In this document: piece by piece, positions 10,339 to 21,500 of the stretch
Numbering within the stretch: position 1 is the stretch's first letter
Layout of the letters: the number at the start of each line of letters is the position of its first letter
Assembly: GCF_009914755.1 (NCBI RefSeq)
Contig: NC_060947.1
From: the human T2T-CHM13v2.0 reference genome, Homo sapiens
Strand: one strand, 5' to 3'
DNA: 64,000 bases
The notes under the pieces: model-generated
The model's input: the letters and a program-made list of their open reading frames with translations, nothing else
What the model was told of the DNA's origin: nothing
Database searches by the model: none
Made by a program: the position numbers and the translations under genes

Positions 10339-13300
10339 GTGAAGATTATCCCGTTTCCAACGAAACCTTCAAAGAGGTCCAAATATCCCCTTGCGGATCC
10401 CACAGAAAGAGTGTTTCGAAACTGCTGTTTCAAAAGGAATCTTCAACTCTGTGAGTTGAATGCAATCATCACAAAGAAGTTTCTGACAATGCTTCTCTCT
10501 CGTCTTTCTGTGAAGATAAAGGAAAAGGCTTTCAGGCCTTTTCCACCACAGGCCTGAAAGCGCTCCAAATGTCCACTTGCAGATTCTGCCAAAAGAATAT
10601 TTCAAAACTGCTCTATGAAAAGCAATGTTAAACTCTGCGGCTCGAACACAAACATCACAAAGCGGTTTCTGAGAATGCTTCAGTTTAGTTTTTCTGTGGA
10701 AATATTCCCGTTTCCAAAGAAATCTTCAAAGAGGTCCACGTATCCACTTACAGATTCTACAAAAAGACAGTTTCAAAACTGCTCCATCAAAAGGAGGGTT
10801 CAACCGTGTGACTTGAATGCAATCATCACTCAGAAGTTTCTGAGAATGCTTCTCTTTAGTTTTTACGTGAACATATACCCGTTTCGAAGGAAGGCCACCC
10901 AGTGGTCCAAATATCCACTTGCAGATTATACAGAAAGAGTGTTTCGAACCTGAACTCTCAAAGGCAGGTTCATCTCTGCGAGTTAAATGCATTCATCATG
11001 AAGAACTTTCTCAGAGTGTTTGTGTTTAGTTATGGGAAATTATTCCCGTTTCCAACGAAATCCTCAGAGAGCTCCAAATATCCACCTGCAGATTCTACCA
11101 AAAGTGTATTTGGAAACTGCTCCATCAAAAGGCATGTTCAGCTCTGTGAGTGAAACTCCATCATCACAAAGAATATTCTGAGAATGCTTCCGTTTGCCTT
11201 TTATATGAAGTTCCTTCCTGTACTACCGTAGGCCTCAAAGCAGTCCAAATCTCCATTTGCAGATTCTATAAAAAGAGTGATTCCAATCTGCTCTATCAAT
11301 AGGATTGTTCAACTCCATGAGTTGAATGCCATCCTCACAAAGTAGTTTCTGAGAATGCTTCTATCTGGTTTTTGTGTGAAGATATTTCCTTTTCCACCAC
11401 AGGCCTCAAAGCCCTCCAAACGTCCACTTGCAGATTCTCGAAAAAGAGTGTTTCATAGCTGCTCTTTCAAAAGGAAAGTTCAACTCTGGGAGTTGAATAC
11501 AAACATCACAAAGTAGTTTCCGAGAATGCTTCTGTTTAGTTTTTATGTGAAGATGATCCCGTTTCCAGTGAAATCTTCAAAGAGGTCCACATACCCCCTT
11601 GCAGATTCCAAAGTAAGAGGGTTTCAAAACTGCTCCATCAGAAGGATTGTTCAACTCTGTGAGTTGAATGCAGTCATCGCAGAAAACTTTCTGAGAATGC
11701 TTCTGTCTAGGTTTGATGTGAAGATATAGACGTTTCAAATGAAGGCTACAAAGTGGTCAAAATATACACTTGCAGATTCTACTACAAGGGTGTTGCAAAC
11801 CTGAACTATCAAAGGAAGGTTCAACTCTGTGAGTTGAATACAAACATCACAAAGAATGTTCTGAGTTTGCTTCCGTTCAGTTATGGGAAGTTGATCCCGT
11901 TTCCAACGAAATCCTCAGAGAGGTCCAAATATCCCCTTGCAGATTCTACAAAACGTGTGTTTGGAAACTGCTCCATCATAACGAATGTTCAGCTCCCTGA
12001 GTTAAACTCCATCGTCACAAAGAATTTTCTGAGAGTGCTACCGTCTGGTTTTTATATGAAGTTCTTTCCTTCACTACCACAGGCCTCAAAGCGGTCCAAA
12101 TCTCCACTTGCAGATTCTACAAAAAGAGTGTTTGCAAACTGCTCTATCAAAAGGAATGTTCAACTCTGGGAGTTGAATGCAATCATCACAGAGCAGTTTC
12201 TGAGAATGCTTCTATGTCGTTTTTAGAAGATATTTCCTTTTCCAACACAGTCCTCCAAGCCCGCTAAATAGCCACTTGCACATTGTAGAAAAAGTGTGTC
12301 AAAGCTGCGCTATCAAAGGGAAAGTTCAACTCTGTGAGGTGAATGCAAACATCCCAAAGAAGTTTCTGAGAATGCTTCCGTTTAGCTTTTAGGTGAAGAT
12401 TATCCCGTTTCCAACGAAACCTTCAAAGAGGTGCAAATATCCCCTTGCGGATCCCACAGAAAGAGTGTTTCGAAACTGCTGTTTCAAAAGGAATCTTCAA
12501 CTCTGTGAGTTGAATGCAATCATCACAAAGAAGTTTCTGACAATGCTTCTCTCTCGTCTTTCTGTGAAGATAATGGAAAAGGCTTTCAGGCCTTTTCCAC
12601 CACAGGCCTGAAAGCGCTCCAAATGTCCACTTGCAGATTCTGCGAAAAGAATATTTCAAAACTGCTCTATGAAAAGCAATGTTAAACTCTGTGGCTGGAA
12701 CACAAACATCACAAAGCGGTTTCTGAGAATGTTTCAGTTTAGTTTTTCTGTGGAAATATTCCCGTTTCCAAAGAAATCTTCAAAGAGGTCCACGTATCCA
12801 CTTACAGATTCTACAAAAAGACAGTTTCAAAACTGCTCCATCAAAAGGAGGGTTCAACTGTGTGACTTGAATGCAATCATCACTCAGAAGTTTCTGAGAA
12901 TGCTTCTCTTTAGTTTTTACGTGAACATATACCCGTTTCGAACGAAGGCCACCCAGTGGTCCAAATATCCACTTGCAGATTCTACAGAAAGAGTGTTTCG
13001 AACCTGAACTCTCAAAGGCAGGTTCATCTCTGCAAGTTAAATGCATTCATCATGAAGAACTTTCTCAGAGTGTTTGTGTTTAGTTATGGGAAATTATTCC
13101 CGTTTCCAACGAAATCCTCAGAGAGCTCCAAATATCCACCTGCTGATTCTACCAAAAGTGTATTTGGAAACTGCTCCATCAAAAGGCATGTTCAGCTCTG
13201 TGAGTGAAACTCCATCATCACAAAGAATATTCTGAGAATGCTTCCGTTTGCCTTTTATATGAAGTTCCTTCCTATACGACCGTAGGCCTCAAAGCAGTCC

Positions 13301-16300
13301 AAATCTCCATTTGCAGATTCTACAAAAAGAGTGATTCCAATCTGCTCTATCAATAGGATTGTTCAACTCCATGAGTTGAATGCCATCCTCACAAAGTAGT
13401 TTCTGAGAATGCTTCTATCTAGTTTTATGTGAAGATATTTCCTTTTCCACCACAGGCCTCCAAGCCCTCCAAACGTCCACTTGCAGATTCTCGAAAAAGA
13501 GTGTTTCATAGCTGCTCTTTCAAAAGGAAAGTTCAACTCTGGGAGTTGAATACAAACATCACAAAGTAGTTTCCGAGAATGCTTCTGTTTAGTTTTTATG
13601 TGAAGATGATCCCGTTTCCAGTGAAATCTTCAAAGAGGTCCACATATCCCCTTGCAGATTCCAAAGAAAGAGGGTTTCAAAACTGCTCCATCAGAAGGAT
13701 TGTTCAACTCTGTGAGTTGAATGCAGTCATCGCAGAAAACTTTCTGAGAATGCTTCTGTCTAGGTTTGATGTGAAGATATAGACGTTTCAAATGAAGGCT
13801 ACAAAGTGGTCAAAATATACACTTGCAGATTCTACTACAAGGGTGTTGCAAACCTGAACTATCAAAGGAAGGTTCAACTCTGTGAGTTGAATACAAACAT
13901 CACAAAGAATGTTCTGAGTTTGCTTCCGTTCAGTTATGGGAAGTTGATCCCGTTTCCAACGAAATCCTCAGAGAGGTCCAAATATCCCCTCGCAGATTCT
14001 ACAAAACGTGTGTTTGGAAACTGCTCCATCATAACGAATGTTCAGCTCCCTGAGTTAAACTCCATCGTCACAAAGAATTTTCTGAGAGTGCTACCGTCTG
14101 GTTTTTATATGAAGTTCTTTCCTTCACTACCACAGGCCTCAAAGCGGTCCAAATCTCCACTTGCAGATTCTACAAAAAGAGTGTTTGCAAACTGCTCTAT
14201 CAAAAGGAATGTTCAACTCTGGGAGTTGAATGCAATCATCACAGAGCAGTTTCTGAGAATGCTTCTATGTCGTTTTTAGGAGAAGATATTTCCTTTTCCA
14301 ACACAGTCCTCCAAGCCCGCTAAATATCCACTTGCACATTGTAGAAAAAGTGTGTCAAAGCTGCGCTATCAAAGGGAAAGTTCAACTCTGTGAGGTCAAT
14401 GCAAACATCCCAAAGAAGTTTCTGAGAATGCTTCCGTTTAGCTTTTAGGTGAAGATTATCCCGTTTCCAATGAAACCTTCAAAGAGGTCCAAATATCCCC
14501 TTGCGGATCCCACAGAAAGAGTGTTTCGAAACTGCTGTTTCAAAAGGAATCTTCAACTCTGTGAGTTGAATGCAATCATCACAAAGAAGTTTCTGACAAT
14601 GCTTCTCTCTCGTCTTTCTGTGAAGATAAAGGAAAAGGCTTTCAGGCCTTTTCCACCACAGGCCTGAAAGCGCTCCAAATGTCCACTTGCAGATTCTGCG
14701 AAAAGAATATTTCAAAACTGCTCTATGAAAAGCAATGTTAAACTCTGTGGCTCGAACACAAACATCACAAAGCGGTTTCTGAGAATGCTTCAGTTTAGTT
14801 TTTCTGTGGAAATATTCCCGTTTCCAAAGAAATCTTCAAAGAGGTCCACGTATCCACTTACAGATTCTACAAAAAGACAGTTTCAAAACTGCTCCATCAA
14901 AAGGAGGGTTCAACCGTGTGACTTGAATGCAATCATCACTCAGAAGTTTCTGAGAATGCTTCTCTTTAGTTTTTACGTGAACGTATACCCGTTTCGAACG
15001 AAGGCCACCCAGTGGTCCAAATATCCACTTGCAGATTATACAGAAAGAGTGTTTCGAACCTGAACTCTCAAAGGCAGGTTCATCTCTGCGAGTTAAATGC
15101 ATTCATCATGAAGAACTTTCTCAGAGTGTTTGTGTTTAGTTATGGGAAATTATTCCCGTTTCCAACGAAATCCTCAGAGAGCTCCAAATATCCACCTGCA
15201 GATTCTACCAAAAGTGTATTTGGAAACTGCTCCATCACAAGGCATGTTCAGCTCTGTGAGTGAAACTCCATCATCACAAAGAATATTCTGAGAATGCTTC
15301 CGTTTGCCTTTTATATGAAGTTCCTTCCTGTACTACCGTAGGCCTCAAAGCAGTCCAAATCTCCATTTGCAGATTCTACAAAAAGAGTGATTCCAATCTG
15401 CTCTATCAATAGGATTGTTCAACTCCATGAGTTGAATGCCATCCTCACAAAGCAGTTTCTGAGAATGCTTCTATCTGGTTTTTGTGTGAAGATATTTCCT
15501 TTTCCACCACAGGCCTCAAAGCCCTCCAAACGTCCACTTGCAGATTCTCGAAAAAGAGTGTTTCATAGCTGCTCTTTCAAAAGGAAAGTTCAACTCTGGG
15601 AGTTGAATACAAACATCACAAAATAGTTTCCGAGAATGCTTCTGTTTAGTTTTTATGTGAAGATGATCCCGTTTCCAGTGAAATCTTCAAAGAGGTCCAC
15701 ATATCCCCTTGCAGATTCCAAAGAAAGAGGGTTTCAAAACTGCTCCATCAGAAGGATTGTTCAACTCTGTGAGTTGAATGCAGTCATCGCAGAAAACTTT
15801 CTGAGAATGCTTCTGTCTAGGTTTGATGTGAAGATATAGACGTTTCAAACGAAGGCTACAAAGTGGTCAAAATATACACTTGCAGATTCTACTACAAGGG
15901 TGTTGCAAACCTGAACTATCAAAGGAAGGTTCAACTCTGTGAGTTGAATACAAACATCACAAAGAATGTTCTGAGTTTGCTTCCGTTCAGTTATGGGAAG
16001 TTGATCCCGTTTCCAACGAAATCCTCAGAGAGGTCCAAATATCCCCTCACAGATTCTACAAAACGTGTGTTTGGAAACTGCTCCATCATAACGAATGTTC
16101 AGCTCCCTGAGTTAAACTCCATCGTCACAAAGAATTTTCTGAGAGTGCTACCGTCTGGTTTTTATATGAAGTTCTTTCCTTCACTACCACAGGCCTCAAA
16201 GCGGTCCAAATCTCCACTTGCAGATTCTACAAAAAGAGTGTTTGCAAACTGCTCTATCAAAAGGAATGTTCAACTCTGGGAGTTGAATGCAATCATCACA

Positions 16301-18558
16301 GAGCAGTTTCTGAGAATGCTTCTATGTCGTTTTTAGAAGATATTTCCTTTTCCAACACAGTCCTCCAAGCCCGCTAAATAGCCACTTGCACATTGTAGAA
16401 AAAGTGTGTCAAAGCTGCGCTATCAAAGGGAAAGTTCAACTCTGTGAGGTGAATGCAAACATCCCAAAGAAGTTTCTGAGAATGCTTCCGTTTAGCTTTT
16501 AGGTGAAGATTATCCCGTTTCCAACGAAACCTTCAAAGAGGTGCAAATATCCCCTTGCGGATCCCACAGAAAGAGTGTTTCGAAACTGCTGTTTCAAAAG
16601 GAATCTTCAACTCTGTGAGTTGAATGCAATCATCACAAAGAAGTTTCTGACAATGCTTCTCTCTCGTCTTTCTGTGAAGATAATGGAAAAGGCTTTCAGG
16701 CCTTTTCCACCACAGGCCTGAAAGCGCTCCAAATGTCCACTTGCAGATTCTGCGAAAAGAATATTTCAAAACTGCTCTATGAAAAGCAATGTTAAACTCT
16801 GTGGCTGGAACACAAACATCACAAAGCGGTTTCTGAGAATGTTTCAGTTTAGTTTTTCTGTGGAAATATTCCCGTTTCCAAAGAAATCTTCAAAGAGGTC
16901 CACGTATCCACTTACAGATTCTACAAAAAGACAGTTTCAAAACTGCTCCATCAAAAGGAGGGTTCAACTGTGTGACTTGAATGCAATCATCACTCAGAAG
17001 TTTCTGAGAATGCTTCTCTTTAGTTTTTACTTGAACATATACCCGTTTCGAACGAAGGCCACCCAGTGGTCCAAATATCCACTTGCAGATTCTACAGAAA
17101 GAGTGTTTCGAACCTGAACTCTCAAAGGCAGGTTCATCTCTGCAAGTTAAATGCATTCATCATGAAGAACTTTCTCAGAGTGTTTGTGTTTAGTTATGGG
17201 AAATTATTCCCGTTTCCAACGAAATCCTCAGAGAGCTCCAAATATCCACCTGCTGATTCTACCAAAAGTGTATTTGGAAACTGCTCCATCAAAAGGCATG
17301 TTCAGCTCTGTGAGTGAAACTCCATCATCACAAAGAATATTCTGAGAATGCTTCCGTTTGCCTTTTATATGAAGTTCCTTCCTATACGACCGTAGGCCTC
17401 AAAGCAGTCCAAATCTCCATTTGCAGATTCTACAAAAAGAGTGATTCCAATCTGCTCTATCAATAGGATTGTTCAACTCCATGAGTTGAATGCCATCCTC
17501 ACAAAGTAGTTTCTGAGAATGCTTCTATCTAGTTTTATGTGAAGATATTTCCTTTTCCACCACAGGCCTCCAAGCCCTCCAAACGTCCACTTGCAGATTC
17601 TCGAAAAAGAGTGTTTCATAGCTGCTCTTTCAAAAGGAAAGTTCAACTCTGGGAGTTGAATACAAACATCACAAAGTAGTTTCCGAGAATGCTTCTGTTT
17701 AGTTTTTATGTGAAGATGATCCCGTTTCCAGTGAAATCTTCAAAGAGGTCCACATATCCCCTTGCACATTCCAAAGAAAGAGGGTTTCAAAACTGCTCCA
17801 TCAGAAGGATTGTTCAACTCTGTGAGTTGAATGCAGTCATCGCAGAAAACTTTCTGAGAATGCTTCTGTCTAGGTTTGATGTGAAGATATAGACGTTTCA
17901 AATGAAGGCTACAAAGTGGTCAAAATATACACTTGCAGATTCTACTACAAGGGTGTTGCAAACCTGAACTATCAAAGGAAGGTTCAACTCTGTGAGTTGA
18001 ATACAAACATCACAAAGAATGTTCTGAGTTTGCTTCCGTTCAGTTATGGGAAGTTGATCCCGTTTCCAACGAAATCCTCAGAGAGGTCCAAATATCCCCT
18101 TGCAGATTCTACAAAACGTGTGTTTGGAAACTGCTCCATCATAACGAATGTTCAGCTCCCTGAGTTAAACTCCATCGTCACAAAGAATTTTCTGAGAGTG
18201 CTACCGTCTGGTTTTTATATGAAGTTCTTTCCTTCACTACCACAGGCCTCAAAGCGGTCCAAATCTCCACTTGCAGATTCTACAAAAAGAGTGTTTGCAA
18301 ACTGCTCTATCAAAAGGAATGTTCAACTCTGGGAGTTGAATGCAATCATCACAGAGCAGTTTCTGAGAATGCTTCTATGTCGTTTTTAGGAGAAGATATT
18401 TCCTTTTCCAACACAGTCCTCCAAGCCCGCTAAATAGCCACTTGCACATTGAAGAAAAAGTGTGTCAAAGCTGCGCTATCAAAGGGAAAGTTCAACTCTG
18501 TGAAGTGAATGCAAACATCCCAAAGAAGTTTCTGAGAATGCTTCCGTTTAGCTTTTAG
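10339..18558. repeat. Two-HOR super-repeat (HOR6+7, HOR8+9; period 4110 bp)
   Basis: Unit lengths 2054/2056/2054/2056. HOR7 and 9 share private GGTGCAAAT and GATAATGG. HOR6 and 8 share the 3-bp deletion and CAACCGTG. Confidence 0.7.
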
Positions 18559-21500
18559 GTGAAGATTATCCCGTTTCCAACGAAACCTTCAAAGAGGTCC
18601 AAATATCCCCTTGCGGATCCCACAGAAAGAGTGTTTCGAAACTGCTGTTTCAAAAGGAATCTTCAACTCTGTGAGTTGAATGCAATCATCACAAAGAAGT
18701 TTCTGACAATGCTTCTCTCTCGTCTTTCTGTGAAGATAAAGAAAAGGCTTTCAGGCCTTTTCCACCACAGGCCTGAAAGCGCTCCAAATGTCCACTTGCA
18801 GATTCTGCGAAAAGAATATTTCAAAACTGCTCCATGAAAAGCAATGTTAAACTCTGTGGCTCGAACACAAACATCACAAAGCAGTTTCTGAGAATGCTTC
18901 AGTTTAGTTTTTCTGTGGAAATATTCCCGTTTCCAAAGAAATCTTCAGAGGTCCACGTATCTATCCACTTACAGATTCTACAAAAAGACAGTTTCAAAAC
19001 TGCTCCATCAAAAGGAGGGTTCAACTGTGTGACTTGAATGCAATCATCACTCAGAAGTTTCTGAGAATGCTTCTCTTTAGTTTTTACGTGAACATATACC
19101 CGTTTCGAACGAAGGCCACCCAGTGGTCCAAATATCCACTTGCAGATTATACAGAAAGAGTGTTTCGAACCTGAACTCTCAAAGGCAGGTTCATCTCTGC
19201 GAGTTAAATGCATTCATCATGAAGAACTTTCTCAGAGTGTTTGTGTTTAGTTATGGGAAATTATTCCCGTTTCCAACGAAATCCTCAGAGAGCTCCAAAT
19301 ATCCACCTGCAGATTCTACCAAAAGTGTATTTGGAAACTGCTCCATCAACAGGCATGTTCAGCTCTGTGAGTGAAACTCCATCATCACAAAGAATATTCT
19401 GAGAATGCTTCCGTTTGCCTTTTATCTGAAGTTCCTTCCTATACGACCGTAGGCCTCAAAGCAGTCCAAATCTCCATTTGCAGATTCTACAAAAAGAGTG
19501 ATTCCAATCTGCTCTATCAATAGGATTGTTCAACTCCATGAGTTGAATGCCATCCTCACAAAGTAGTTTCTGAGAATGCTTCTATCTAGTTTTTATGTGA
19601 AGGTATTTCCTTTTCCACCACAGGCCTCCAAGCCCTCCAAACGTCCACTTGCAGATTCTCGAAAAAGAGTGTTTTATAGCTGCTCTTTCAAAAGGAAAGT
19701 TCAACTCTGGGAGTTGAATACAAACATCACAAAGTAGTTTCCGAGAATGCTTCTGTTTAGTTTTTATGTGAAGATGATCCCGTTTCCAGTGAAATCTTCA
19801 AAGAGGTCCACATATCCCCTTGCAGATTCCAAAGAAAGAGGGTTTAAAAACTGCTCCATCAGAAGGATTGTTCAACTCTGTGAGTTGAATGCAGTCATCG
19901 CAGAAAACTTTCTGAGAATGCTTCTGTCTAGGATTGATGTGAAGATATAGACGTTTCAAATGAAGGCTACAAAGTGGTCAAAATATACACTTGCAGATTC
20001 TACTACAAGGGTGTTGCAAACCTGAACTATCAAAGGAAGGTTCAACTCTGTGAGTTGAATACAAACATCACAAAGAATGTTCTGAGTTTGCTTCCGTTCA
20101 GTTATGGGAAGTTGATCCCGTTTCCAACGAAATCCTCAGAGAGGTCCAAATATCCCCTTGCAGATTCTACAAAACGTGTGTTTGGAAACTGCTCCATCAT
20201 AACGAATGTTCAGCTCCCTGAGTTAAACTCCATCGTCACAAAGAATTTTCTGAGAGTGCTACCGTCTGGTTTTTATATGAAGTTCTTTCCTTCACTACCA
20301 CTGGCCTCAAAGCGGTCCAAATCTCCACTTGCAGATTCTACAAAAAGAGTGTTTGCAAACTGCTCTATCAAAAGGAATGTTCAACTCTGGGAGTTGAATG
20401 CAATCATCACAGAGCAGTTTCTGAGAATGCTTCTATGTCGTTTTTAGGAGAAGATATTTCCTTTTCCAACACAGTCCTCCAAGCCCGCTAAATAGCCACT
20501 TGCACATTGTAGAAAAAGTGTGTCAAAGCTGCGCTATCAAAGGGAAAGTTCAACTCTGTGAGGTGAATGCAAACATCCCAAAGAAGTTTCTGAGAATGCT
20601 TCCGTTTAGCTTTTAGGTGAAGATTATCCCGTTTCCAACGAAACCTTCAAAGAGGTCCAAATATCCCCTTGCGGATCCCACAGAAAGAGTGTTTCGAAAC
20701 TGCTGTTTCAAAAGGAATCTTCAACTCTGTGAGTTGAATGCAATCATCACAAAGAAGTTTCTGACAATGCTTCTCTCTCGTCTTTCTGTGAAGATAAAGG
20801 AAAAGGCTTTCAGGCCTTTTCCACCACAGGCCTGAAAGCGCTCCAAATGTCCACTTGCAGATTCTGCGAAAAGAATATTTCAAAACTGCTCTATGAAAAG
20901 CAATGTTAAACTCTGTGGCTCGAACACAAACATCACAAAGCAGTTTCTGAGAATGCTTCAGTTTAGTTTTTCTGTGGAAATATTCCCGTTTCCAAAGAAA
21001 TCTTCAAAGAGGTCCACGTATCCACTTACAGATTCTACAAAAAGACAGTTTCAAAACTGCTCCATCAAAAGGAGGGTTCAACTGTGTGACTTGAATGCAA
21101 TCATCACTCAGAAGTTTCTGAGAATGCTTCTCTTTAGTTTTTACGTGAACATATACCCGTTTCGAACGAAGGCCACCCAGTGGTCCAAATATCCACTTGC
21201 AGATTATACAGAAAGAGTGTTTCGAACCTGAACTCTCAAAGGCAGGTTCATCTCTGCGAGTTAAATGCATTCATCATGAAGAACTTTCTCAGAGTGTTTG
21301 TGTTTAGTTATGGGAAATTATTCCCGTTTCCAACGAAATCCTCAGAGAGCTCCAAATATCCACCTGCAGATTCTACCAAAAGTGTATTTGGAAACTGCTC
21401 CATCAAAAGGCATGTTCAGCTCTGTGAGTGAAACTCCATCATCACAAAGAATATTCTGAGAATGCTTCCGTTTGCCTTTTATATGAAGTTCCTTCCTGTA

